In this document: positions 10,218 through 20,384 of the stretch, one piece after another
How positions within the stretch are numbered: position 1 is the stretch's first letter
How the letters are laid out: each line of letters starts with the position of its first letter
NCBI GenBank assembly: GCA_965541585.1
Contig: CBEUCH010000002.1
Location: 32,001 to 96,000, forward strand
Origin: an uncultured bacterium
GTDB lineage: Bacteria > Zixibacteria > MSB-5A5 > UBA10806
Reading direction: 5' to 3'
DNA: 64,000 nucleotides
Program-made: the position numbers and the translations under genes
The notes under the pieces: model-generated
The model's input: only the letters and a program-made list of their open reading frames with translations
What the model was told of the DNA's origin: nothing
Databases searched by the model: none

Positions 10218-11010
10218 CGATTCTCACGGCCCTATATAGATTTGCAAGTTCCTTTAGCGAGAGCTGTTCCGCCCTGGTATCCGATTTCCGGCCAAGAGAA
10301 GCCAGGCTATTTTCGATAGTCTCCCTTGAAATCTCTGTGGCAGCGGCCAGGGAATTTATCAGTTTCTTTCTCTTATGAAAAAAGCATCCTCTCAAGAACT
10401 TCCTGAATTTCATGTAATCCATCTCCCTGTCGAGTTTCTCATGGGGATCGAGCCGCAAAACGGTTGAGTCGACTTTTGGCCTTGGAGCAAAACAACCTGC
10501 GGGAATATCGAATAGCTTGCTGATGTCATAAAAGCATTGCACCATGACGGATAAAGAACCATAATCACGACTCCCGGGTTCTGCCTTCAAGCGTTCGGCA
10601 ACCTGCTTTTGAACCGTAATGACCGCAGACCTTATACAACTGTGGTGTTCGATCAACCATTCTGCGACGGCTCCACTTATATTAAACGGCAGATTTCCTA
10701 TCACCTTGATCCCACTCGGCGCCAGATCGCTTGGATCCAGTCCGATAATATCGCCCTCTATTAATTCAAACCGTCCCATACCGCCGAATCGTTCCTGGAG
10801 ATTCCCGGTAAGATCTCTGTCGATTTCCACGGCCGTAAGATCAGCGCCCTTTGCCAGTATTCGTTCGGTGAGTGTCCCCGTCCCGGCTCCTATTTCCAGA
10901 ACCGTTTCTCCCTCTTCAATATGTAAAGCATCCACCAACCGCTCCGCTTTTCGCGGATCGATCAGGAAGTGCTGTCCGAATCTCTTTTTTGGCCTGTTCA
11001 TTCGTTTCAA
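10210..11010 (-). CDS. rsmA: 16S rRNA m6,2A dimethyltransferase RsmA/KsgA
   Basis: KKRFGQHFL, LEIGAGTG, GNLPFNI, F.PRPKVDS, RAEQL. Confidence 0.96.
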   Translation of the reverse strand: MKRMNRPKKRFGQHFLIDPRKAERLVDALHIEEGETVLEIGAGTGTLTERILAKGADLTAVEIDRDLTGNLQERFGGMGRFELIEGDIIGLDPSDLAPSGIKVIGNLPFNISGAVAEWLIEHHSCIRSAVITVQKQVAERLKAEPGSRDYGSLSVMVQCFYDISKLFDIPAGCFAPRPKVDSTVLRLDPHEKLDREMDYMKFRKFLRGCFFHKRKKLINSLAAATEISRETIENSLASLGRKSDTRAEQLSLKELANLYRAVRIDV

Positions 11011-11014
11011 TCGC

Positions 11015-12382
11015 TCAGAAATCAGATTTTGAGTATTTTCGAATCTTAAGCTCCGTGCTCAATTCCGCCGCCAGCTTGCGGCAAGCCTCGAGATCGACCT
11101 CGGGCAGGTCGACTACAGTGACAGCCGTCCGTATGCCATGCGATCGGCATCCCCTGACAAACTCGATCAATGCCCCGTAGGCGTTTTCGCCGTGATCCGG
11201 TTTGCAGATCTCAACATAAGTCTGCGCATCCTGAGCATTGAGACTGACCGAAACCCTGTCTATCAGTCCTGCCAACCTCGACGGCAAATCGGTTTTATTA
11301 ATAAGGCTGCCATGACCGTTGGTATTGAGCCTTGTTCGGTGGCCTCCGGCCTTCAATACACTGGCGATCTGAAGCAGTTCTTTCAAACGGATCGTCGGTT
11401 CGCCCAGGCCGCAGAACACTACCTCATCGAAATCAGACTCGGCGTCTATGGCAGATAAGACCTGCTCGGCAGTTGGCTCCGGATTCAAAAGAAGATAATG
11501 CCCGGCGACATAACCGCTGCCGGACGCAGTCCTGTGGCAGAAATAGCAGTTGCAGCTGCATCTGTTGGTCAGATTGAGATATAGGGAGCTCTTTATCTTA
11601 TAGACGATCCTCGGCGTCTTATTCAGAGGCAGACCGAACAGCCTGCTGGCATTGTATGATGTCATTCGCTCGATATCATCAAAAGCATAGCGAGGAAAAA
11701 TCTCGGTTAGCTTCTCCAACACATATCTGACGTATTCCGGTCTATTTCGCTTACCCCTGAAAGCCTGGGGAGTCAGGTAAGGAGAATCAGTCTCCGTGAC
11801 TATTCTCGAAATGGGCAAAGATCCCGCAACCCGGGAACGGGTCGATCCGGGATAGGTTATCGGTCCTGCAAAGGATATGAAAAATCCCATATCTATCCCG
11901 GCTCTGGCTTCATCCTCGTCGCCCGGGAAAGAATGCAAAACACCTCTTTTGATGCCGGAATTCTCCAGAATCCTCAAAGATTCATCAATCGATTCCCGGA
12001 TATGAACAACCACCGGTAGATCGAGCATTAGCGCCAACTCCAATTGTTCCTTGAAAACTCGCTTCTGGGTATCCCGCGGCGAGAGCTTACGGTAGAAATC
12101 CAGCCCGATCTCCCCGATGGCGACTACCTTTTTATGAGCCGCCATCTCGGCCAACCGGGCGACATAATCTCCCGGGCAATCTTTAGAATCGTGGGGATGA
12201 ACTCCTACCGAGGCATAGATAGGCCCATACTTTTCGGCCAGCTCAATCGACTCCCGGGAGCTTTCCAGGTCGGTGCCGATATTGACTATCGCTTCCAGCC
12301 CGTTATCGAGGCCCGATCTGATGACCTGGTCCCGATCGGAGTCGTAATGTCGAAAGTCAAGATGCGCATGGGTGTCTATCAT
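11015..12382 (-). CDS. TatD-family nuclease fused to a radical SAM domain
   Basis: IDTHAHL, GEIGLD, ETDSPYL, then 'NLTNRCSCNCYFC' (CxxxCxxC) and 'VFCGLGEP'. Confidence 0.92.
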   Translation of the reverse strand: MIDTHAHLDFRHYDSDRDQVIRSGLDNGLEAIVNIGTDLESSRESIELAEKYGPIYASVGVHPHDSKDCPGDYVARLAEMAAHKKVVAIGEIGLDFYRKLSPRDTQKRVFKEQLELALMLDLPVVVHIRESIDESLRILENSGIKRGVLHSFPGDEDEARAGIDMGFFISFAGPITYPGSTRSRVAGSLPISRIVTETDSPYLTPQAFRGKRNRPEYVRYVLEKLTEIFPRYAFDDIERMTSYNASRLFGLPLNKTPRIVYKIKSSLYLNLTNRCSCNCYFCHRTASGSGYVAGHYLLLNPEPTAEQVLSAIDAESDFDEVVFCGLGEPTIRLKELLQIASVLKAGGHRTRLNTNGHGSLINKTDLPSRLAGLIDRVSVSLNAQDAQTYVEICKPDHGENAYGALIEFVRGCRSHGIRTAVTVVDLPEVDLEACRKLAAELSTELKIRKYSKSDF

Positions 12383-12586
12383 GGCGACAATATAAGGGTT
12401 GCCGGAGGCAAATCAAAGAAGCGAGCGGGCAAAAGCTATCAGGACGAATTACCCGCAGGGCGGTTATCTACGGTCTCTTTTTGTATAGCCTGCTGGAATT
12501 AATGTCAGACAGATAAATTCGACATTTGAGATTTATAATAACATATCCTCCAAAAGGTTCACTGAAATCATCCGATTTATAATACG

Positions 12587-13561
12587 ATGACCGAAGATCT
12601 CAAGACGGAGGAGTTCGCCCCTATTAGCCTCGGAATAATGAGGCTCGAAAAGGTGCCGGGGTTTGATCTATACCTTATGGGTGAGAAAGGACCGGTGCTC
12701 TATCGCGAGCGGAATGTCAGGTTTACTCGCCGGAATTTAACCTCCCTGCTTGAGAACAATGTCCAGTATCTGTATTTCAAGAGCGAAGACACGGACAATT
12801 ATTATCAGTACATAGAGAACAACCTCGACAGGATAGTCGAGGATACCAAAGTACCGCGGACCAATAAGGCCTCGTTAGTTTATAGAACGTCATCCTACCT
12901 GGCCAGCCAGATGATGCTCCAGCCGGAATCCGGCCAATTGGTTAAGAGGGCGGCTAAGGTTATGGATTCCGTCATAACATTCACTTCTAAAGATAGGATG
13001 GCCTATAAGGATATTATTCAGATATTGCCCTGTGATTACTATACTCATTCCCACTGCGCCAACGTTGCTACCTACAGCCTCGCTCTGGGGCAGCTAATGG
13101 GTTTGACGGTCGCCTCCGGATTATGGGAGTTGACACTGGGGGCACTTCTACATGATATCGGCAAATCAAGGGTCCCGCCGGAAATCCTCAATAAAAAAGG
13201 GCGACTGACAGAGGAGGAATTCGAAATCGTCAAGAAGCATGTGGAATGGGGCGTTGAGATAGCAGGCAAAACAGCGGCGGTTCCGGAAAACTCCTATCTT
13301 GCCATATCACAGCACCATGAGAGACTTAGTGGATCGGGATACCCTGCAGGAATTAAGGATCTTCATCAGTTCGGGCTTATCGTCGCTGTGGCCGATACGT
13401 TTGATGCTATCACAACCAACAGGCCATATGAAAAGCGCAGGTCCTCATTCGAGGCACTCTCCGTGATTCAGGCAAATAAGGGGGAATACGATCCGGGGGT
13501 AATAAAGGCTCTGATAAAAGTGATGGCGGCCAGGGAATGCAAGGTAAAAGTATCCCTTTAA
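12587..13561 (+). CDS. HD-GYP domain cyclic-dinucleotide phosphodiesterase
   Basis: LLHDIGK, HHERLSGSGYP, ADTFDAIT..RPY. Confidence 0.92.
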   Translation: MTEDLKTEEFAPISLGIMRLEKVPGFDLYLMGEKGPVLYRERNVRFTRRNLTSLLENNVQYLYFKSEDTDNYYQYIENNLDRIVEDTKVPRTNKASLVYRTSSYLASQMMLQPESGQLVKRAAKVMDSVITFTSKDRMAYKDIIQILPCDYYTHSHCANVATYSLALGQLMGLTVASGLWELTLGALLHDIGKSRVPPEILNKKGRLTEEEFEIVKKHVEWGVEIAGKTAAVPENSYLAISQHHERLSGSGYPAGIKDLHQFGLIVAVADTFDAITTNRPYEKRRSSFEALSVIQANKGEYDPGVIKALIKVMAARECKVKVSL

Positions 13562-13677
13562 GCCAGACAGAAGATTTACCGATAATTATAGCGAAAATGG
13601 ACTCAGACCTTCGGGAGGCTCATTCTGGATAATTCAGGCATCAATAGCTTTTAGGATAATACCCGCGTTGGAATCAA

Positions 13678-16110
13678 ATGAAGAAAATTAGAAACCTAAT
13701 TTCCCGGCTCCCGGCCAGAATCGTAATTCTGTGTACAGGTGCAATCATCGTTCCCTTTTTACTGGTTTCGGCAGCACTGCTGGTTCATTACCTCGATAAA
13801 TCAATAACGGATAAATCCTCTTTCGTCCTGAAATGGAGCAAAATAGCCTCGCTTATCGCATCGGAGACATCCCATGCTATCGACGATAACCTGTTCATCG
13901 ACAATGAGTTTGCATCATATCTGTATGGCCTTCCCGCATTTTCCGATGACATGATCTCCATTTTACTGCTCGACAATCATGATCGCCCGATATTCACTGT
14001 CGGCGATACCAGGAATGAAGACAGTTTGTTAACATATTTCGTATCCCGCTCCTCCTCGATGAGCAACAACGCAGCGTTGCCCGAAGAAACCAACCTTGAC
14101 TATGCCATATTTACCTCCCCGGTTACCAGAGACGGCAGGAACCTGGCCGCGGTGGTGATTACAGTAGATCACGCAGTAATCTACGAGGGCTTTGGTTCAT
14201 TATTAGCCCGAGCCTTTACGGCGGCCCTGATCCCGATGATCCTGTGGAGCCTTCTGGTGATCTATGCCGCCTATCGTATCAGGCGATACACCTCTGTCAA
14301 GGAGAGATTTCAAACGGCAGCCATGGAACTTGCAGCCATGGGATTCGAGTCAAACGATCCTGAAACCCTGGCTGAGAATTCTCTAAAAGAATTGATCCCG
14401 GCCCTGGGATTGAAAGATGGTTCCATCTATCAAAAAAACAGCGCTACGGGAGCGATAGAGCGCCTGGCCTATTATTCGATCCCCGAATCAACGAATAGAC
14501 CCGGTGGGCAGGCATTCGTGCCTGGCGATCCTCGGCTTCAGGCGATGGCCGAGGGACAACTCAAGATATATTGCCGGACGAGTTCGGGTCGGACTCTCCT
14601 GATCGAGAAAATTGATAAGACGATAGAAAACGGCAGAATCGCGATACCGCTTGCAGCAGAATCTGAATCCTTTGGTTTGCTTGATCTGGGTATTCCTCCT
14701 CGGATGAAGTTTAACCGGCAGAAGCTGAAAGTCTGCGGGCGTTTAGCCAGGAGGATTGCCGTTTCTATACAGCGAACGCTTAAACTTGCTGACGCTTTAA
14801 GGAGAGTAGCCGAGTCTAAGCTAACGTTGGAGGCAGTTGATATTGTAGATTCATCCGAGGATCTTCTCGGTGCCCTTGCCGAACTATCCGGAAAGATTGT
14901 CGAACTGGAGAACGTCTCTTTCTGCCGAATCTTTATGGTCGATGAGGACGGAAGCAAACTGGCTCTGAGGGCTGAGACCAGTGCCGGCGATGGAGCTCCG
15001 ACCGGAACAACAGGCAAGGCCTACGATATCGAGGATCTGCCCATTCACAAGATCGCCATACTGTCAGGCCAGTCCCAGATATTGAAAGCGGAGGAAATAG
15101 AGAGGCTATTTCTGGAAAAGAAGGATTTTTATAAACCGGGGATGGAAAACGGATTGGTCATGATAACACCGCTCATCTACGATGATCGGCGGCTCGGGTG
15201 TTTATCGGTTGGGATTGATGGCAGCCCCGATCTTCCGGTGGAGATGAAAAGTCTTCTCGAGGATCTCGCTCATCATGTATCATCGTCAATTCATAGATCT
15301 CAATACTGTTCCAGGTTGACAAGATCGTTCGATAAACTCCAGGCTGCCCAGAGCCGCTCGGTACAGATTGAACGTCTCCGGGCCATTACGGATTTATCCA
15401 GAGGTATTTCTGGTAGCCTTGAGAATCTGTTGGGTTCCATAAGAAACGAAGTCGATAGCTTGAAACAGATGGCGGTTAATGACAAATTTGCGGCGATTCT
15501 GAAATCCATCGATGCAACGATCGATGATTATGATGAGATGGTAAATGAGTTCAAAGGTTTTTTGAGTATAGGTCAGAGCAGAAAGTTCCAGCAGGTAGAA
15601 TTGGCAAGGGTAATTCAGCAGATTGAAGAACAATTGAGAGAAAATGGACCGATTGACCTTAAGGAAGCGGGAAATATCAGGCTGGAGGTCACAATAACCG
15701 GTTCGGGACAGATATTCGGCGATCAGGAGCTTTTGTGCACGATGATAGAGGATATGGTGCGCAACAGTGTGGAGGCCATGCCGCATGGCGGCGCGATCAC
15801 AATCGAATCGCTGGTAGAGCATAAGCAGGCGGTGCTTGAAATAAGAGACCAGGGCACCGGTATGTCCGCTGAAGCTAAAAGCAGAATATTCGAGCCGTTT
15901 TTTACGACCAAGGATGGCATCGGCCGGGGCTTGGGGATGTCCAAGGTGTACGGAATAATCACCGCGCACGATGGTACTGTTGATATCGAAAGCGAAATCG
16001 GCCGGGGAACCAGGATAACGGTGAAAATACCGCTGATCGATCCGGAGCAGACCGCTCTGTATGAGGTAAAAAAGGGAACCACCAGAGGTATTCCTCTTTC
16101 ACCATCTTGA
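13678..16110 (+). CDS. Membrane GAF-containing sensor histidine-kinase-like protein with a degenerate H-box
   Basis: Two TM helices, two GAF-like regions, HATPase boxes (NSVEAM, DQGTGM, IFEPFFTTK, GRGLG). Confidence 0.85.
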   Translation: MKKIRNLISRLPARIVILCTGAIIVPFLLVSAALLVHYLDKSITDKSSFVLKWSKIASLIASETSHAIDDNLFIDNEFASYLYGLPAFSDDMISILLLDNHDRPIFTVGDTRNEDSLLTYFVSRSSSMSNNAALPEETNLDYAIFTSPVTRDGRNLAAVVITVDHAVIYEGFGSLLARAFTAALIPMILWSLLVIYAAYRIRRYTSVKERFQTAAMELAAMGFESNDPETLAENSLKELIPALGLKDGSIYQKNSATGAIERLAYYSIPESTNRPGGQAFVPGDPRLQAMAEGQLKIYCRTSSGRTLLIEKIDKTIENGRIAIPLAAESESFGLLDLGIPPRMKFNRQKLKVCGRLARRIAVSIQRTLKLADALRRVAESKLTLEAVDIVDSSEDLLGALAELSGKIVELENVSFCRIFMVDEDGSKLALRAETSAGDGAPTGTTGKAYDIEDLPIHKIAILSGQSQILKAEEIERLFLEKKDFYKPGMENGLVMITPLIYDDRRLGCLSVGIDGSPDLPVEMKSLLEDLAHHVSSSIHRSQYCSRLTRSFDKLQAAQSRSVQIERLRAITDLSRGISGSLENLLGSIRNEVDSLKQMAVNDKFAAILKSIDATIDDYDEMVNEFKGFLSIGQSRKFQQVELARVIQQIEEQLRENGPIDLKEAGNIRLEVTITGSGQIFGDQELLCTMIEDMVRNSVEAMPHGGAITIESLVEHKQAVLEIRDQGTGMSAEAKSRIFEPFFTTKDGIGRGLGMSKVYGIITAHDGTVDIESEIGRGTRITVKIPLIDPEQTALYEVKKGTTRGIPLSPS

Positions 16111-16428
16111 TATTTCGCTTAATTAAGGTCTCATATATGCCTGATTGCAGAAGAGATCTTAAAGCTGACTGAAATATCTTATCAAGAGTTCTGCATCAAT
16201 TCTGATCAAGGGCGATGGTGGCATCTAACCTATTTCCTCAAATACGACTTTCTCCGGATTTCAGACCTTTTCTCCTGCAATGGTCATCAAATGCTTTCAA
16301 TGGAATCCAGAATGAATCGCACGTTACAAAATTGAACACATACAAAGGTGCCATTCATTCCTATTTGTAATGAGACCCCCATAATGCCCGATACAAGCTA
16401 TTGATCACACTTATTCAAGGAGGAATGA

Positions 16429-16536
16429 ATGGCTCGCAAATCAAGATGCGCCGGTTGGACCAAAACCAAGAAGCGCTGCAAAAACAAAGCTTGGGGCAAG
16501 TCCAAATATTGTTGGACTCACCGTCATACCCGTTAA
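16429..16536 (+). CDS. 35-aa basic CCCH zinc-finger-like microprotein (absent from the ORF track)
   Basis: AAGGAGG RBS; MARKSRCAGWTKTKKRCKNKAWGKSKYCWTHRHTR; terminator immediately downstream. Confidence 0.8.
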   Translation: MARKSRCAGWTKTKKRCKNKAWGKSKYCWTHRHTR

Positions 16537-16557
16537 GTTTATTACCAAGCTAATAGT

Positions 16558-16588
16558 AGGGGGCTCCTCGGAGCCCCTTTTTATTTTG
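16558..16588 (+). terminator. Rho-independent terminator
   Basis: GGGGCTCC-TC-GGAGCCCC followed by TTTTTATTTT. Confidence 0.8.
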
Positions 16589-16791
16589 TTGATATTGCAG
16601 GTCGTACCAACTATTTTTCCGCTGCGGGAAACATCGGGCATGAACAGTTGGAGTCATCAAGAGAACCGTTACGAATACCCGGATATTTCAAGAGCATTAT
16701 AAGAAAAATCATTGATTTGCTTTAAGGTTGTTTTATAATGCGGCGAAGCGGGTTGGAATCAAGCACAGAACCTGATAGGTTTTGAGAGGAG

Positions 16792-17829
16792 TTGTTGATG
16801 AAATCGATAATACTTTCAGTAATTATGATTCTGGCGGCGATGCCGTCCGGTGCACAGGATCTCATAAAGCAGGGTGAGAGGCATTTTAAAAATATGCGTC
16901 AGCTGACATTCGCCGGGGAAAACGCAGAGGCATATTTTTCAAGCGATAATAAACAGATAATCCTGCAATCTACCAGAGACGACCTTGTATGCGACCAGAT
17001 ATTTACCATCGACGCCGACGGGAGCAACTCCATTATGGTCTCAAATGGTCTGGGTAGAACGACCTGCCCTTTCTTCAATCCCCGGAGCGGAAATATTATT
17101 TACGCTTCCACCTATCTGGCCGACACCCTGTGTCCCCCGCCGCCATCCATGGCGGAGGGATACGTCTGGGGGGTCTTTCCCGGATATGACATCTTCACCG
17201 CCGCACCCGATGGTTCCAACCTTGAAATACTTACATCAAGCGCGGGCTACGATGCCGAGGCGGTTTATTCTTACGACGGCAGCATGATCGTTTTTACCTC
17301 CACCAGGGACGGGGATCTTGAGATATATGTCATGAACAGCGATGGGGGCGATATCAAACGGGTCACCAATTATCCCGGCTACGACGGAGGTGCGTTTTTC
17401 TCCCCCGACGGCAAAAAGCTGGTCTTCAGGGCGCAGATGTTTGAGTCCGACGAGGAACTCGATGAATATAACAGATTACTTTCGAAGAACCTGGTAAAGC
17501 CGTCGAAAATGGAAATCTTCACTATCAATATCGATGGCACAGATAGAAAACAGATCACTGATAACGGTGCTGCGAATTTTGGGCCTTATTTTCATCCCTC
17601 CGGCGAGAAGATCATCTTCTCCTCCGATCTGGACAATCCCCGTGAACACAATTTCGAACTCTATTTAGTCGACATCGACGGCGGCAACCTGGAACGGGTC
17701 ACCTTCAGCGAGGAGTTCGATGGGTTCCCGATGTTTTCTTACGATGGTTCGAAACTGGTCTTGGCCTCCAACCGGAATAACTCCCGGCCGCGCGAGACGA
17801 ATATTTTTATAGTGGATTGGGTAGAATAG
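16792..17829 (+). CDS. TolB-like PD40 beta-propeller protein, secreted
   Basis: Signal peptide; 'GENAEAYFS', 'GYDAEA', 'GYDGGAFFSPDG', 'FDGFPMFS' repeats. Confidence 0.9.
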   Translation: MLMKSIILSVIMILAAMPSGAQDLIKQGERHFKNMRQLTFAGENAEAYFSSDNKQIILQSTRDDLVCDQIFTIDADGSNSIMVSNGLGRTTCPFFNPRSGNIIYASTYLADTLCPPPPSMAEGYVWGVFPGYDIFTAAPDGSNLEILTSSAGYDAEAVYSYDGSMIVFTSTRDGDLEIYVMNSDGGDIKRVTNYPGYDGGAFFSPDGKKLVFRAQMFESDEELDEYNRLLSKNLVKPSKMEIFTINIDGTDRKQITDNGAANFGPYFHPSGEKIIFSSDLDNPREHNFELYLVDIDGGNLERVTFSEEFDGFPMFSYDGSKLVLASNRNNSRPRETNIFIVDWVE

Positions 17830-17875
17830 ATTTGATCTCTGGTATAACTTCGCACAACGTCGCAATGAAGGACGG

Positions 17876-19345
17876 TTACCTCGCCTCCACCACCTCTATT
17901 TTTATTTTTCCCAGGATTCGGTGCAGGAGGCTGGCCTGCTCAATTATGTCTCCCCTTGTTAATGCAATATGCGTGGGATTGATTAAGTTCTCGCCCCAGG
18001 AGGGGTCCATCATCACCCAGTCGCCGACGAATACCTCGGTCCAGGCGTGGTAGCCGAAACCGTCTCCTCGCGGCCAGTATATCAGACCTGCAACGGGGCG
18101 AGCCGGTATCCCAGCGGCCCGCATCAAAGCCACGGATAGGGCCGCATGCTCGCCGCAATCGCCCTGTTTGGAATGCAGAGTCTGCAAGGCATTGGATAAA
18201 TCAGCAGTGAATTCCTTTTCTATATTTGTGAAGACCCAGGCGTTGATTTTTTTAGACGCCTCGTAGGAATCCCTTTCATCGCCAACTATATTGCGGGCCA
18301 GTTTGATGATTTCCTCATCGCTGGATTGTATGTAGGGGCCGGCTTCCAGAAAGGGTTTCAACCTGCTCGACTCTATAGGTAAGCTTAGAACGTTTCCGGG
18401 ACCTTCCTGCCTTTTGATATCCACGGCCAGCAGGCCGGCGCTATCAATGGATACCGTTTGATTGCCGGTCTGAAGAATGTCTTCTATCTCTATACCGGCG
18501 ATGGTCAGTTTCAGGGATTTAAGTTTTCCGGGATCGTCGATCCTTTTTTTTGGCCTGATAATGTTATTTGAAAGCATGTCGAATGAGGTGTCAAGCTGTT
18601 TGGCCAGGCGCTCATTTTCGAGTTTCACGAGCATACCCGCTCCTACAGTCGTCTCGAACTCGTTTCCCGAACGGTCAATTACTGTTCTGCCGGTGAAACC
18701 TGCCTCGGGCATAATCCAGCTAACGGTGTAAACATCCGTGGGAACGCCGTTGAATATGTATTGATCCAGCGATTCAATTTTCGTCTGTTGATGCATCAGT
18801 CCGGTTAGAGGGGGAGTAGCTTCGAAAAAACTGATTGTAACGCTGTCGCCGACATTGGCTTTCCCCGATGAGAGGTATTGCTTCAAATATAAGAGGCTGT
18901 CGAGGTAATCCACCGGGTAGTCGAATACTTTCTTGAGTGATTGGCCACCTATCTTGCTTTCCACAATGAATTCATCGGCTTCCTTTTTTCCCTCCACGAC
19001 CATATCGCCGGTGGAACTCTTGATGACAAGTTTGCTCGTAAAGAGCTCGCCTCCCGGCGATTTAAAAAGCCTTGTATCTGTGGTCGTTATTGTTTCCGTT
19101 GCGCCTGCAGCGCTGATTATGATGGTCATCGCCTCCCGCCACCGCCAACCCTCAACCGGGCCGGGGACTCGATCCAGGTTTTTCTCGACATATCCGATTT
19201 TGGCTCCCTGCATATAGACGCCATACCAATCGGTTTTCAAATACTGATCGAAACGATGAGGATCGGAATCGGCCTGGACGGAAACCGATGATAAAACGAA
19301 AACGACTATAAAGGCGATCGCAAGCAGTTTTTGATTCGGAGACAT
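17876..19345 (-). CDS. Secreted transglutaminase-like protein
   Basis: Signal peptide; catalytic triad motifs GDCGEHA, YHAWTEV, MMDPSW. Confidence 0.9.
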   Translation of the reverse strand: MSPNQKLLAIAFIVVFVLSSVSVQADSDPHRFDQYLKTDWYGVYMQGAKIGYVEKNLDRVPGPVEGWRWREAMTIIISAAGATETITTTDTRLFKSPGGELFTSKLVIKSSTGDMVVEGKKEADEFIVESKIGGQSLKKVFDYPVDYLDSLLYLKQYLSSGKANVGDSVTISFFEATPPLTGLMHQQTKIESLDQYIFNGVPTDVYTVSWIMPEAGFTGRTVIDRSGNEFETTVGAGMLVKLENERLAKQLDTSFDMLSNNIIRPKKRIDDPGKLKSLKLTIAGIEIEDILQTGNQTVSIDSAGLLAVDIKRQEGPGNVLSLPIESSRLKPFLEAGPYIQSSDEEIIKLARNIVGDERDSYEASKKINAWVFTNIEKEFTADLSNALQTLHSKQGDCGEHAALSVALMRAAGIPARPVAGLIYWPRGDGFGYHAWTEVFVGDWVMMDPSWGENLINPTHIALTRGDIIEQASLLHRILGKIKIEVVEAR

Positions 19346-19388
19346 TCTTTCCCCCTCGTTTATTCTCCCGGTATCGCGTTGGGTGGAA

Positions 19389-20381
19389 TCAACCGGATAG
19401 TTGTTTCAATTTTTCAGTTAGCATAGGCAATACGGTAAAAAGATCGCCCACGATTCCATAAGTGGCGACTTTGAATATCGGAGCCTCCTCGTCGCGATTG
19501 ATGGCAACGATTGTCTTCGATGACTGCATGCCAACCAGGTGTTGGATGGCGCCCGATATACCGCAGGCAACGTATAGCTTGGGATTGACGGTTTTGCCGG
19601 TTTGTCCGACCTGGTGAGCATACGGTATCCAGCCGGCGTCAACGGTAGCTCTTGACGCGCCTACGGCAGCCCCTAACACCTCCGCCAGGTCGCGGATCAA
19701 TTTAAAATTAGCCGGATCTCTCAAGCCTCGACCGCCGGAGACGATGATGTCCGCCTCGGTTAAGCTGATTTCCTGGCCTGTTTCTGCAAATTTCTCCAGG
19801 ACCTTTGTTCTCCCCCCGAACTTGCCGGGATCGAATGCCAATTCGCTTTTTTCACCCGAGCGACCATCGTCCGGTACAGGATCCTCGAAAGCCTTGGGTC
19901 TCAAAGTGGCCATCTGCGGTCCCGGGCCCACGGGGGAGACCTTTACAATCGCTTTTCCACCATATGTCGGCCGGGTGGCCAGGATGCTGTCACCATCCCA
20001 TTCGATTTCGATTATATCCGCCGCCAGCCCCGATGACATCGTCGCCGCCAGCCGCCCGAACAATGATTTTCCAAAAAACGTCGCCCCGCCGAGAATCGCC
20101 GCCGCATTTTCACTCCCGGCCACATCCGCCAGGATCTTGCAATAGGACTCGTCAATGAAATCTGTCAGCTCCGGGGCCTCACAAACGACGACTTTGTCCG
20201 CTCCGATTCTTATCAAATCATCGGCGAGAGGCGATATAGAATCGCCTATCAGCACCGATGTTACTCTCCAGGATTTCTCATCGGCCAGCTTTCTGGCCAC
20301 CCCCACGACCTGCCTCGACACAGGCGTAATCCCACCTTCTTTTATCTCCGTGAATGTCAATATCCCCGCACCACCAGCCAT
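19389..20381 (-). CDS. etfA: Electron transfer flavoprotein alpha subunit
   Basis: [33 protein letters not shown]. Confidence 0.96.
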   Translation of the reverse strand: MAGGAGILTFTEIKEGGITPVSRQVVGVARKLADEKSWRVTSVLIGDSISPLADDLIRIGADKVVVCEAPELTDFIDESYCKILADVAGSENAAAILGGATFFGKSLFGRLAATMSSGLAADIIEIEWDGDSILATRPTYGGKAIVKVSPVGPGPQMATLRPKAFEDPVPDDGRSGEKSELAFDPGKFGGRTKVLEKFAETGQEISLTEADIIVSGGRGLRDPANFKLIRDLAEVLGAAVGASRATVDAGWIPYAHQVGQTGKTVNPKLYVACGISGAIQHLVGMQSSKTIVAINRDEEAPIFKVATYGIVGDLFTVLPMLTEKLKQLSG

Positions 20382-20384
20382 CTG

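Noticed and set aside
16176..16230. TCTTATCAAGAG resembling the start of a SAM-I riboswitch
   Set aside because: The downstream SAM-I core elements are missing and no methionine-related gene follows.
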